DNA of 64,000 nucleotides from contig NMRA01000128.1 in NCBI GenBank assembly GCA_002633005.1, forward strand, positions 837,822 through 901,821, read 5' to 3'. The position numbers and the translations under genes are program-made. The notes beneath the pieces were generated by a model, which made no database searches, was not told where the DNA came from, and saw only the letters and a program-made list of their open reading frames with translations. This DNA is from Phoronis australis. Its lineage: Eukaryota; Animalia; Phoronida. Shown in pieces: positions 22,601-37,600 of this stretch. Position 1 is the stretch's first letter; every line of letters starts with the position of its first letter.

Positions 22601-25600
22601 AATAGGAATGGACAGTGGTTGTACCAATGGTTGGTCGTCTCTGTTGCAAACATTTCTTTGGCATTGTGTCTGAGGCAGTCTGTGTCGATTTCTGGGGTGA
22701 TTTTGAAGTTTTCTGGTGTTTTTGTTCTTTTCTTGACCTTAAATGTAGCCATCAATATAGAGATCTTCATCGACCAATCAAGTACTGACCTACCCACAGC
22801 AAGAACTCATGAACCAGACTTCAAAGAAAAACTGGCATAAACTGGTGAACATCATGGAGTCACAACTGAGTTATGGTGCAAAGATGACGAATTCATTGTT
22901 ATGTGTGGCATCACACGTCTTGCCTGTATTGAAACCTTAGCAAATAACACCGAAGTGTCAAGGGGTTCAGAGTGTTAACACTATTCTATGAATATTTATG
23001 ATTTATTCGTAATGATTTGTTTTAGTTTCTGCCGAGGAGGAGTTTGCTTAAAGCAAGCTGAATTTATTTGTGCGTGATCACACCAAACATTTGCCTTGCA
23101 GGTCAGTCACCAGAGACTTTGGTGGTAATATTTCAACAAGAGATTTTGAAAAAGCCCCTAAAGCAGTGGACTAGGTACCCAAAACCTCACCCTTTCAAAG
23201 TTTACCCCTTCAAAATGTAACCCAAATAAAGTGAAATCCAAAAAGCACACTTAACGACGAACCACATAAATTCCATAAGTAGCCCTGTTAAGTATTACGA
23301 AGCCCTGTGTACTAAGTGTGATTCCCTGGAGCAATCTTCACATGATGACAGACAGGAAGAAATGGCACTATGCTGGGGGTCATACCTTAGGCCTCATTTT
23401 TGCTCGCAGAAATAGACGAAAATAACTGAAATTTCTGAGACAATATTCCGTCTGCTATTCCAATGCTGGGATTCTTCTGGAGATTTCTTCTAATATTTCT
23501 TTTTGCAGCCTGCAGTAGAAGCTCCTTGCATTTCTTTATACCCATAAGAGGGATTTTGACACCTTTATAAAAGTAAAATTCATCATGAATGCTCACTTGT
23601 GGTCAAATTTTTACTCTAACATGCCCAGATCTAACAATGTGACCCTTTCATGTGAAGTTTTGTTGAAAAATAGATACCCTCCCTGACATGTAAGAAGCAC
23701 GTGAGCTCAGCATGTAATTTTTACAGATGTAAAATTCAGAATCAAGGATGTTTTGACATTTCACTGCTAGCTGTTGATCTATTTTCTCATTGTCAAACTC
23801 CCCTTTGTTTGTCTTATCATCTTTTTCTTTGTGACTTGAAATCCGTGTCTCTATCTGTAGGACGCCTGCATGTCTACTGTCTTTCTTGTACTTAACAGGT
23901 ATTGGTTCACTTGTATTTACTGAATTGTCTTCTTTTTGTTTGTCGTTGATTATGCAGCTGACGTACAAAGTTGACTTCCATCAGAGCATGTTTTGCAGTG
24001 AAAAAAATTCAAGCCTGTGCATATCAAATTGTTTGCAATTAATAGCAAAAATGTATTGTGTGAAATTTTTGCGATAGGGGTTGGTTCATAATTATGGTCA
24101 CTTTCACAAGTGTACAAACTGTTTGTTTCAGAAGGAGTTTCCTTCTGCTTCTGTCAATAATAATAGGGTTCAACAGGGAAGTCGGTACTCATTTACCTCT
24201 GAATTTTGCAAAAATAAACGCATGTTCAGAGAACTTTTGATGTGTTATCATAACTGTTTTTATAATTGTTCTTTCTTCCTCAGGGCTGGACTGTTTATAA
24301 CTGAAGACAGCTTCACATCAATGAAACCACTACCTTTGCCTACTGTAAGTACATTTGCCCTGTTGAAGGCGACCATTAATTAAAGTTTTGTATCATTATC
24401 ATGATTGTCTGATTACAATGCAATGTGTAGTTATTCAAGGCTTGGAGTTTTCCACTTTTAAGAGGATTTCTTAATCTTTGGTTTTGATTTCCTCTTATTT
24501 GATTTCCGATTTCCTCTTTTTTTGTCTCTTTTTTATCATTATTTTGACTTTAGTCATGCAGAAACATTTATTTCAGTTAAATTTTACAACACAAAAAGAT
24601 TTCTATCAAACACGCCTATTTATTTGTGGAAGGATACATCACCTGGACAATTTTCCTCTTTTTTGTCTTTGGTCATTCCAAGCCCTGAGTTTGTGCATTG
24701 TATGGATGGAAGCAGAGACGTTTGAACAAAGTCATGTTTGAACAAAGTTATGTTTGAACAAAGTCATGTTTGAACAGTCATGTTTGAACAAAGTCATGTT
24801 TTTGATACGTGTTAGATACAATGTTTGATAGCAGTTGTGTTTTTCAAATGTCATTATAGTCATGCCCATCTTGCAATGGAGTATTGACACATTCTTATGG
24901 TAAAATCTTTTCAAAGTTGACACAAAAAATTGACAAAATTGATGTTTTCAAAGACTTGTTACGTTACTGGGAATACCAACAATATTTGAAAGCAGTGTGG
25001 TGGCAGTAAGTTAAAAGTGACTAAGTGTTTATTATGAAAAAATGTTTTAAAAGGCGATGTGTCTACCGTAATCCTGTGCCTTAAATTTGTGAGATTTGTA
25101 GAAAGCGACATCACATTGTCTGCTTACTGAGCTACATATTACCTGATGATCATCACATTCAGGTGTAGTTATTACCTTTTTGTTGTCATTTAGGGTAATT
25201 ATTTGAAGGCAGCGACCATATCCTATGACACTATACACTGTGTGGTCGATGATGTTCTATACTCGCTCAACAGAACACATAAAATATGGACCAGCATGGG
25301 TAATGTGTAACGAATTTGTTTTCTAATTTATCAGAAGTCTAGAGTTATATTCTTTTTCACCGGTTCCTTTACCTGAATGAGGATAATAAATGTCATCTGA
25401 AGAAATAAACTTTTGTATTTTTTATTAATACAAATGAAGCATTTTAACAAAAAGTTGCACCCTGAGATTTTTAGCAGAAGTAAAGGACCATAAAATATCA
25501 AACTGAATGTGTGAAATCCAACATTCAATTACAGCTCACTGTCCCAATTTATGGTCTTTTAGGACTTCATGCTATTGGTATAAAAGCCAGAGTCTTTTGT

Positions 25601-28600
25601 AGCAGCACTCCAACGCAATATGTAAGTTTTATCATCAATCCATCTGAAATTGATAAAATGTTGCTTTAATATCAAAACAAAATGTTTGACTGTTTATGTT
25701 TGTTGTCAACATCACAACATCTAGGATTAATTAAGTCTACAGTGTTTACTGTCAACCATTAACACATCTCGACAACAAATCAATTAATAGTTTAATTTAT
25801 TTGATAAATTTTGACGCTATTTGACTTCAAAGAGCTTGTTAATTTCATTGTTCCGCCAAAGAGAGCGCTGTAAGCTGACCAGTTCATTAATTGTGATCTT
25901 GATGATTACTAACTGACAATATGTTAATTGCCATTCAATTCTCAACTTATATTTTTAGCTTGTGACACATAAAATAGTGTAGCCTTAAAGTTATCTACTA
26001 ACAATTTATACATTTCACGTTCATGGCACTATTGTGATGGAAATCTCTTTTTCCCAGAAGTGAATGTGTTTTTCATTGGCAGATACACATCTGTGATGTG
26101 TTGTACTGGAGAATTATGTGAGCTAGACAACTATACACAAAGAGACACAGAGACATAGCCATGTGTTTATGTTTACAGGTTGACAACAGCATGGTCCTGG
26201 CTTGGACTGATGATTACTTGCATGTTGTCACCATTGACTGGAGACGTAAACTAACTCTACCTGAGAAAGAGCTGCGAGATACCGGTATTGACATCACTAA
26301 AAACAAGGTAGGTGCAAGTAAAGGCAAGCACACAGGAGTAAAAGCTGTTCTGTGTACACGTCGAGCTTGGTGTTATATGGCCTTATGTTGCATTATACTG
26401 ACAAACGCACTAATCAGGGCCTCAGTTACGATCACAAAGTTTTAATCAAACCATCAAACTCCGAATACTAATGTGGTGGAATGTCAAATTCACGCTTTTA
26501 ACGCTCATACTTTGCTTGACATCTTCCCTCCATGCAGCGTTCGCCTTAGACTGCGTTTTTGTGTCATTTAACGTAACGAAACTGTAAAAGAAGCAACTTT
26601 TTGTTCAAAGCTTGTGATAAATAAAATTAAAAACAAATGAAAATCATTTTGCTCTTTTTTTAAGTAACATACTGTACCTTCAATTCAAAACAGCACCCCT
26701 AGATTGTTACAATGCGCTGGATCCTTTGTTTTTGGGAAGGATTACTCCAATATGGCATTGCGGCTAGGAGCTTTTTATGTGTTTGGAAGAAGAGTGTTGC
26801 TGGATGGTATCTAAAGAACCAATTAATGGAATTCAATGAAACTGTTTTAATAGTTATTTATGACGAGCATTGGCCAGCACCATTTAGTTTTCGTCAAGGG
26901 ACTTTTTAAGTGTTGTTTAGGGTAAGAGCGTTTCCGTATTATATCTAGGGAACTGATTTACAGATTTTAATGAAACTTTACTCAGCAGTATATGATGACA
27001 ATGTGCCGGCACCATTCGGTTTTCGGATTCGACTACTACAGTACCTCCTTGTGGTCGTTAGAAACATACCGTACTCAGTAATGCACCATGGGCACATGTC
27101 AATGCGCCAGCGTTGCTCTTGTTTAGTTTCAGTTCCCAATTCAAGCCCCCTGAGCCTTACCCTTTTGGTCAGTGTAAGCTGTCTTCTACACTATATTTTT
27201 CACTGGTTTTGTGCTGGGTCGCATGAAACTAAAAAACTTCATTCGTGTTGCAATGCTTTTGACATTGTGTTACAACCAAAGGTATCCACCGGATGAGTTT
27301 TCTTAAATTCCAGGCAACCCAACCCAGATGCCGATGTGATACTGAAGAACGTGATATTGTAACAATATTCCTTGGACAAATTGCGTCAAGGTTATTTAAC
27401 ATTACCTCACACTGCTGTGCATCATGTTGCACGATTGTTGAACATATCTGATGTCATGCAGGTACTTAGTGGTTGTGTGTAATTGTTGAGATGTGTAACT
27501 ACTGTCATTCTTTTGTTGCAGGCTTTCATCAAGGATGCTGCTATGGACCTTGTTTCTTCCACTTTGGCCTTGTCAGTCTCTGTAGAAGATGACAAAAAGA
27601 AGTTGGTGAGACTGGAATCTGCATGACTATGTTGTGTTTCTATGTGAGCATGTCTATGATACTGGGAAACTGGGTTGTAGTTTGTCCTTGTAGCGTTGTT
27701 GCTTTGTATTATTGCCTGAATTATGTTGTGGTTCGTTTCTCCATCTTTCTTATTAAATGCCATATCTTAGTTTGACATGCATGATTATTTTCTGGTTAGG
27801 GAGTAAGAAATTGTGTTTGGTGTCTTTGAGAATGACATTGATTTTCAAGACATTGAACACTGAAACTCAAACTTCTTGCGTGTTCCGGATAAAAAATATC
27901 GTATGAGTTTCTAAAATTTCAATATTAATAAATAAATTTCAAATATCAATATGTATTAATATCAATATGTATTACAATGTGCAAGATTCAGTTCTTTGTG
28001 ATGTTTTTTGTTCGGAATAAAATAATCGCCGAGTTTAAGTTGTTTCAAATGTTTCGTTTGGTTTCCATTTATTGAAGTTTTATTTCAGAACACATGAATT
28101 TCCCTAAGTTCAAAAAAAAATTTGTACCAATGTTGTTACCGTTTATAGCGAGCACAGTTCCTGCTCTTGTTCAATAATTATTCAGCGCTCTCGTCCAAAT
28201 TACCCTTCACAGAAAAATATTGCATTCACCAACAGAAGGTATATCCAAATAACAAGTGGCTATAGTAAGTACCTTGGCAAATCAAAAACCATCATTTTTT
28301 TTGCGGTTGTAACAGATTTTGGCTGCACAAAAGCAAATGGACTTCCACAGGAATTTAACAGACTTGACGTCTGCTTCACTCAGGAATATCAGTGACTTTA
28401 CTTGATCAAGGTGAAAAATTCTTTAAAAAAAATCATTTAGTCCAACACAGAGGATGAAAAATGAATGCAGGTCTAGAATCGATGTAAACTGAGATCAATA
28501 TTCTGCTGATATGCACCCAGATACAGTTTTGTAGTGATTCTGGAGTGTCTTACGGAATCGGCAATTGAATAGAAACTGCACTCATGAAGCAATGCTTTGC

Positions 28601-31600
28601 TTCTTTAAATTGAGATCCCACTGTGCATTCAAATTCTTGGAATTGAAGTTTTCTGGTGTGACAGTTGATTTATGGTGTTTGGGACATCCAAATCCTCTGT
28701 GTTGGTTACATGATTGTGCAACACACTTATCTGTGTCACACAACTTATTCCTGGTGTCATGGACGTGCTCAAGCACTTTTGTTTAATGTGAGATAGAAAT
28801 GTATTCATTTCATTTGAACTGTTTGAAGTTCATCTGCAGTTCAACAGGAAAAGTGACGCACAGTGGATCGTAAAACTTACGAATAAAACATGTAATACTG
28901 AAATTATTTTTCAGAAACTCGTCTTGCTCTACAATCTCAACAGGGATGAATGGACTGTGCCCAAAGTGTGGTTGGAGGGAGGAGAAGGCTGGTGGTCCAT
29001 TTTTGTTTATTACCTGATTATGCGTAATACTTGTTTTGATATGTCAACCACCTTAGAAAATGGTCAATCACATACCTGTAGATTGATGCACTGTTTGAAG
29101 ACAGTTGAATTTCTGTTAGTTTTTAATTGCATTTTTGCCTTTGACAAACTGTGAACTTTTATTACTAAATAAACGCAATTTCCTTGTTGCTCATAGTATT
29201 TATTTTGTTGATATCCAGTTCTTCTGCGTCAGGGACCTAAGTTATAACCATAATTGATTCTTAATTAGTTGACTGTGTGTTTGAGACTGACACCAATCGT
29301 TCATCTTTTTTCAGATATGGTGAATGTACAATTCTTCCACAGTGTCACCAGTGGGTTTGTGTTTTGGGACAGATACAATATTTATTATTACTATGAAAAA
29401 GGTAAGCTGTAGTCAGGATTGATATGCCCTTATTAGTTTAAACATACCTGGGTGCATATTGCCATCATTAATGATTGTGAGGGTCACTACTATGTGGGAA
29501 CATGCAAGTGTTGTGTATCACACTTGTGACTTCACAACGATGACTTCTGAGGTCTTGGTCCTGTGTGATTGCAAAGTTTAGTTTTGACTAAAGCTCTAAT
29601 AAATTTCTTGCTTGAACCGTTGCTGGTGAATGCATGTACTGTGCTGGTGAATGCGTGTACTGTGCTGGTGAATGCGTGTACTGTGCTTGTTTCAATTTTC
29701 TTGCATGTTTTTATGTTTTCTGGCAAGTTCAACAAATTTATCACCTCTGAGAGTTTGTTTGCTGTAGTAAGTTTAAACTAATGTACTTGCGTCTCATTCC
29801 TGAGTTTACGATGAACTTCTAATCAGGATGGTAACTAAATGTGCATTCATGAAACTTGGTTTCTGGAGAACAAGGAAAGCTTGAGAAAAGTTGCGTTTTA
29901 TTGTAAAAGTGTACCTACTCTCTGTCTCAATAATGTTGGCCACGCTGCACGCATGTCGTCAATGAAGGCAATACAATATTGGAAATGAATTATTGTGGAA
30001 TTTTTTGTTTTGATTTTGTTGTAGGTGCAAAGACAGGTGTATACAGCTTCCTGGGGTGCAAGACAGGTGATGCCATACAGGTGTTGGCCTCACCTGATGA
30101 TTACATAATACAAGTCCTTCTCAGTGAGTTTCTCAGTTAAAAGTTTTTGTATTTTTTGTGTCATGGTTAATTTCTATCCGCCAGCATATTTATGTGCGAT
30201 TTCATATTGCCATCATCTCTGTCTGGGCGTCTAGCATCCACAGCTGTATTTCCTAAACCTCTCATAGGATCTTTGTGAGGTTTGGCAGATTTGACCTATG
30301 ATGCTGACAACAGCTGATGAATTTCAGACGTATCTGACTACCACTGTGCTCCCTAGTTGCAATTTTAGTTTCTACGTTTACCTTTGTATCTTCAAAGGTC
30401 CTCAAAGGATTTCATGAAATTTGGCACATGGGCATCAGTTCGCAAGATGATGTTATTGTACCGTTTCCAGATGGATTTGAGGTATTTTGCACCACTTAGG
30501 GGCCATTTTTTACTGTTTTTTGGCTTCCGCCCCTCTACCAACCAAACCACTCTAAGGATGATTGTGAAAATTGGCATGTATGTTCTTGTTGGGAAGAGGA
30601 TGGTTGACGATGATTTTCCAATGACTTTGACTTCTGTGGCGCCTGCAGATGTTTCAAGGGAAGGGCAAGTGTTTCATGAGTCGACTCCAGACCTTAGTGA
30701 CCTAGACTAGCAAAATGAGTGTCATTAAATTGATTGAGACTGTAATGGTGCATTATGGAAGTAAATTCACTATTTCTGTTTCATAATCCACAACATTTCA
30801 CTTCAAACATCTCACTAGTGTTTGCATGACGGGACGCACCCACATGGCTTTAAGAAAAGTCTGAAATATTATTTAGTATCTTTCCTTTATTATAGACTGG
30901 AAGAATGAGTTGGTTATTATTACACACAAAAGGTTGATGTACTATGGTAATATAAAGCACAAAGAAATTGTACAGGTAATGGGTGTCACTTGGCTTTGTA
31001 AAAGTTAATGTGTTTATGTTGAATGACTTTTTTTGAAATGGGGAACTAAACTGGTATGTTTTGTCATATCATCATTTGTGGATGTTAAGTGTCGTCATAT
31101 TTCACTGTCTCCAGCTTGTCATTCAATATGGCAAGTTTTTGTTGGTGAAACATTGACACTGGTTAATTCCATGATGATTCAAATATTACGACTTCTCACG
31201 GTATATTCTAAAAATAATCTGACAAAATGACCTCTAATTCCCTGTCATGAGAGGTGTGTATAAGTGTAATTCCATGTCATGAGAGGTGTGTATAAGTGTA
31301 ATTCCCTGTCATGAGAGGTTTGTATAAGTGTAATTCCATGTCATGAGAGGTGTGTATAAGTGTAATTCCCTGTCATGAGAGGTGTGTATAAGTGTAATTC
31401 CATGTCATGAGAGGTGTGTATAAGTGTAATTCCCTGTCATGAGAGGTGTGTATAAGTGTAATTCCATGTCATGAGAGGTGTGTATAAGTGTAATTCCCTG
31501 TCATGAGAGGTGTGTATAAGTGTAATTCCATGTCATGAGAGGTGTGTATAAGTGTAATTCCCTGTCATGAGAGGTGTGTATAAGTGTAATTCCATGTCAT

Positions 31601-34600
31601 GAGAGGTGTGTATAAGTGTAATTCCCTGTCATGAGAGGTGTGTATAAGTGTAATTCCATGTCATGAGAGGTGTGTATAAGTGTAATTCCCTGTCATGAGA
31701 GGTGTGTATAAGTGTAATTCCCTGTCATGAGAGGTGTGTATAAGTGTAATTCCCTGTCATGAGAGGTGTGTATAAGTGTAATTCCCTGTCATGAGAGGTG
31801 TGTATAAGTGTAATTCCCTGTCATGAGAGGTGTGTATAAGTGTAATTCCCTGTCATGAGAGGTGTGTATAAGTGTAATTCCCTGTCATGAGAGGTGTGTA
31901 TAAGTGTAATTCCCTGTCATGAGAGGTGTGTATAAGTGTAATTCCCTGTCATGAGAGGTGTGTATAAGTGTAATTCCCTGTCATGAGAGGTGTGTATAAG
32001 TGTAATTCCCTGTCATGAGAGGTGTGTATAAGTGTAATTCCCTGTCATGAGAGGTGTGTATAAGTGTAATTCCCTGTCATGAGAGGTGTGTATAAGTGTA
32101 ATTCCCTGTCATGAGAGGTGTGTATAAGTGTAATTCCCTGTCATGAGAGGTGTGTATAAGTGTAATTCCCTGTCATGAGAGGTGTGTATAAGTGTAATTC
32201 CCTGTCNNNNNNNNNNNNNNNNNNNNNNNNNNNNNNNNNNNNNNNNNNNNNNNNNNNNNNNNNNNNNNNNNNNNNNNNNNNNNNNNNNNNNNNNNNNNNN
32301 NNNNNNNNNNNNNNNNNNNNNNNNNNNNNNNNNNNNNNNNNNNNNNNNNNNNNTTGCTTGAACCGTTGCTGGTGAATGCATGTACTGTGCTGGTGAATGC
32401 GTGTACTGTGCTGGTGAATGCGTGTACTGTGCTTGTTTCAATTTTCTTGCATGTTTTTATGTTTTCTGGCAAGTTCAACAAATTTATCACCTCTGAGAGT
32501 TTGTTTGCTGTAGTAAGTTTAAACTAATGTACTTGCGTCTCATTCCTGAGTTTACGATGAACTTCTAATCAGGATGGTAACTAAATGTGCATTCATGAAA
32601 CTTGGTTTCTGTAGAACAAGGAAAGCTTGAGAAAAGTTGCATTTTATTGTAAAAGTGTACCTACCCTCTGTCTCAATAATGTTGTCGTCAATGAAGGCAA
32701 TACAATCTTGGAAATGAATTATTGTGGAATTTTTTGTTTTGATTTTGTTGTAGGTGCAAAGACAGGTGTATACAGCTTCCTGGGGTGCAAGACAGGTGAT
32801 GCCATACAGGTGTTGGCCTCACCTGATGATTACATAATACAAGTCCTTCTCAGTGAGTTTCTCAGTTAAAAGTTTTTGTATTTTTTTGTGTCATGGTTAA
32901 TTTCTATCCGCCAACATATTTATGTGCGATTTCATATTGCCATCATCTCTGTCTGGGTGTCTGGCATCCACAGCTGTATTTCCTAAACCTCTCATAGGAT
33001 CTTTGTGAGATTTGGCAGATTTGACCTATGATGCTGACAACAGCTGATGAATTTCAGACGTATCTGACTACCACTGTGCTCCCTAGTTGCAATTTTAGTT
33101 TCGACGTTTACCTCTGTATCTTCAAAGGTCCTCAAATGATTTCATGAAATTTAGCACATGGGCATCAATTCGCAAGATGATGTTATCGTACCGTTTCTAG
33201 ATGGATTTGATGTATTTTGCGCCACCTAGGGGCCATTTTTTCTGTTTTTTGGCTTCCGCCCCTCTATCAACCAAACCACTCTAAGGATGATTGTGAAAAT
33301 TGGCATGTATGTTCTTGTTGTGAAGAGGATGGTTGACGATGATTTTCCAATGACTTTGACTTCTGTGGCACCTGCAGATGTTTCAAGGGAAGGCCAAGTG
33401 TTTCAAGAGTCGACTTCAGACCTTAGTGACCTAGACTAGCAAAATGAGTGTCATTAAATTGATTGAGACTGTAATGGTGCATTATGGGAGTAAATTCACT
33501 ATTTCTGTTTCATAATCTACAACATTTCACTTCAAACATCTCATTAGTGTTTGCATGAGGGGACGCTTTAAGAAAAGTCTGAAATATTATTTAGTATCTT
33601 TCCTTTATTATAGACTGGAAGAATGAGTTGGTTATTATTACACACAAAAGGTTGATGTACTATGGTAATATAAAGCACAAAGAAATTGTACAGGTAATGG
33701 GTGTCACTTGGCTTTGTTAAAGTTAATGTGTTTATGTTGAATGACTTTTGAAATGGGGAACTAAACTGGTATGTTTTGTCATATCATCATTTGTGGATGT
33801 TAAGTGTCGTCCTATTTCACTGTCTCCAGCTTGTCATTCAAGATGGCAAGTTTTTCTTGGTGAAACATTGATACTGGTTAATTCCATGATGATTCAAATA
33901 TTACGACTTCTTACGGTATATTCTAAAAATAATCTGACAAAATGACCTCTAATTCCCTGTCATGGGAGGTGTGTATAAGTGTAATTCCCTGTCATGAGAG
34001 TTGTGTATAAGACATAGTGTAACTCATCATCTGAGTATACCTAGAATTACAAGCATTACTCGTCATGGCAGGGAAACAGTGTTGTGTCGGTTCACATTTG
34101 GCATGTGCTGTACAGTAGCTGGTACAAAATACTGGTCATTAGTTAAACAATCTTTCTACAAGCTCGTCACTCCAATGGGGTTTCAAGAAGCTGCAAGCCA
34201 GCTTAGAAGTCTTGATGACTATGCACAAATATTATGAATCATTGTACATGCTGATCGCGCAACATTTGTGTCAAGTAAATCCTGGATTTACAATGCTACA
34301 ATAATGATACACTAAGTTGACTACACTGTGTAAATGTGCTGTTACCACTAAGTTGTTTGTTTTCAGATACTCAGTGGTGAATCATCTCAAGTAATCCTCA
34401 GTGATGTCGTCTTATATTTCGACATGATGGGTGAACTTCATCTAGTCAAGATCAATGGTAGTAACATTGTAAGCAAGTCATGGTTCCCATTACATCAAGA
34501 GGTTGCCAACTCACTTGGAAAGGATGTAGTCTGTCCAGTTAGTATGACTCTGCTAGCTTCATCTCAAACAGTGTTCAATTTACTAGATAATTGTGTCTAA

Positions 34601-37600
34601 TCAGCTGACCATCATATTGTTTTTGGTGTGAACGTTGCCTCTGGCTATTTTTTGTTCAATCCTCAATAAGAGCAAATTGTCACTTCTAACCTCCTGTACA
34701 TGCCAAAAATAATGGGATAAAATTCTGTTTCCATATCATGATGAGTAATGTCCATTTTTGCCAGCTAAGTCTGATAGTGAGTTCCCGCTTACAATCTGCA
34801 AACATGACGGGTAATGACCTGCCATGACTGGTAATGACTTGTCATGACTAATTACGACCAGCCATGACTGGTAATGACTGGCTATGACTGGTAATGACAG
34901 GCCATTCCAGCTGCTCTGAATGTGAAATCCTCTTGCAATCAGTTGTCGTGATGGACAATTTGTTATGGTGTGTACTTCAGGTAAGGAGCATTTTGGGACC
35001 ATTTAGTTTTAATATGGCTGAAACTGATGCGGGGGGTGCTTTTTTCTTGAAGTGGTGAGGCGCAGGTTTTGAAATAAGACAGGCCACAGATCAGAACCAG
35101 TTATGCTTTTTTGACCTAATTAATTTGCTTTTAATTGATAATTTTGTCATTGTGCACGTAATATGCTGTTAGTTTCGCTCTGTGACTGCAGCTTATTCGT
35201 TGTATCCCCGTACACTCTTGCATCAATGGAATGTTTTATTTTTCAGTATATAGATTTCCAACACAACTTGTATTATAAGAACTACTACGTGGATATGGGT
35301 GAGCAAGTAGATGTATGGGCAATGTTGGCCTACCCTCCTAGTTATCCTAATGAGTTGGAGGTAAATTGCTATTGATGTGCGTGTATACAGTCTGGCTATG
35401 TTGAACTATCCTTACAATTATGTATGGGCAATGTTGGCCTACCCTCCTAGTTATCCTGAGTTGAAGGTAAATTACTATTGATGTGCGTGTATACAGTCTG
35501 GCTATGTTGAACTATGCTTGCAATTATTCCTCCAATTTAGTAACCTCACTTCCATGCTTTGAGACTGAGATGCATCCAGGGATTTTTCAGAGAAGGGGTC
35601 CTCATTAGAATCTGCTACTACAAATTCCATCTCGTTAGCACGAATTTTTAAGCAACAGAAATGCATTTCCAGGTTTTTCATATTCCTTTGCACTTCACGC
35701 TTACAAGTTTTATTTTTTGGAAATTATCCACAGTCAATGTTTTGATGATCTTTAGAACAAGTATTAAATTACTGCTTGCGTTGCCGTTTTTTTCCACACA
35801 AAGTGTATATGCGCCTGTACACTACACATACGTTAATTAAGAAAGAAGCGTTTACATTTTGTTTATATTTTGTGCTGATATGTAGGTGAATCATTGCCAG
35901 GTGTCAGTCATACTTGGTAACCATGACCTATCTCAGTCATACTTGGTAACCATGACCTATCTCAGTCATACTTGGTAACCATGACCTAGCTTTTGAAGTC
36001 GCATCAAACAAAGTCAAGTGTAGAATATATTGTATTCACAGCCTATGTTTTGTTTTTTACTTGCGTTGCATGTTTGTCCACACACAACACCAGTTGTAAG
36101 TGGTAAGAATGGTTAATTTGTTTATTGAATGAATGTACTCGCAGATCACAAACAAAAAATTGTAAAAATCATGTGTGTGCATACGTGCGTGCGCTTCGTG
36201 TGTTAAGACATTTCTTTCCTTGTGTATTTTCAGGTGGTGTCGGCATTCAAAGATACTAGCATTATGTTCTATTTCATCACAAATATTGACGAGAGTTGGA
36301 ATGAAAGCAGACAGCATGTCAGCGATCTCTATCTGTTCAGTGATTCAAAAAATGAGGTCTGTGACTCTCAAGTGATTGACTTAGTATTGAATCAACAGTC
36401 GAGTTTGTTAGTCTTATTCGTATATTGGGGGGCAGTTGAAGCCAGGTTTGTTCATACTCTAGGCAAGCAGCTGAGTTTCTCATCAGTTCTGCCTGATATC
36501 ATTACTTTCTCATTGGGACTGCTTGGTTATGATGAGGAAGTTCTGCTTATGAATGACGGTAGACACACATGGTTGATGCACTCTTAGTATGAGTTAATGC
36601 TTGGGATTTTGGTTGCAATTGTCCATTTAACCTTTGGGTTGCAGTTTTAGATCAATATTTTTTCAGCAAATTTTCAAATAATTTACTGTGCTGCAAACAT
36701 TGTGAAGTTGATGTTATGTTTTTTATTGTTGTTTTGGTTTGTCCTGTCCATATTTTTAGGGGCTTCAGTGCACTGTACCTTGTTCTGTTGATGCTTGACG
36801 TCCATGGGTTGTGTTTTTTTTTTGCATTTTTTTCATTCTGTTCTTTGTTTCTTGTTTCTAGACATTTAGGTTTGGATTATTCCAAGACTTTTCTCATGCA
36901 CAAGATTACGAACAAGAAAAGTAAGTACTCAGTTAACTGACTGTAGATGTAGAGGTAAAGTTGCATTCTGTCACAATTTGGCTGTCAGTGTTGAATTCTT
37001 TACTGAACTGCTTTGACGTTCTAAAACATTACCGCGGTCATCTGTTTTTGCGTTGTTGCCAACTGAGCTAGCAACTCAAGTCACAGGCAATGCGTGCATA
37101 CACCGTTTTTCAAATCTGTAATTTTAAGGTTGGTCAACCCCAATAAACTGACGCGTTTTCTTGAATGGCTGATAGTTTCTATATTCTTGTTGGCAGGTGA
37201 AATATAACCCTATCCAGTAAAGGAATCAGGCTGATCTTGTGAGAGTAAAAGGCTTCATTTAATTCATGTTTTTCAGCCAACTAATTAGGGCAAAATGCAG
37301 TTAGTAATTAGCTTTTTTGTGACTGAAGTCATGTGATCAGGGCCCTATTTCATGAAATGTGTCTGAAGGCTTACGTCAAGAATTTAGTCTCAGGTTACCA
37401 GTTCAATATTACTAAATAGTTATACAAGGTATTTGTTTGCACATCATAGTTATATGTTTTATTACCAACTGGGCAATTTGACACAAATTAATATGTGGAG
37501 TTTAAGACCACTCGTCAACAAACAAGTTAAACTTGCTCATCATTGTGTACCTGTACAGTTGAGTGATCTATAATTATGTCAGTGTTGTAGTCTTACATTC

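Larger units (their letters stand above)
29608..34011. other. Probable uncollapsed haplotype duplication across the N gap
   Basis: 29608-~31300 recurs at 32354-34011 with scattered SNPs and indels. The duplicated exon pair totals 179 nt, so tandem use would frameshift. Confidence 0.8.

Noticed and set aside
31235-32206. 32-bp repeats resembling a CRISPR array
   Set aside because: No unique spacers and a eukaryotic intronic context; it is a plain minisatellite.
30025-33693. Internal exon duplication in the CATSPERE-like gene
   Set aside because: Spans an N gap, phases are incompatible (179 nt), and divergence looks allelic.
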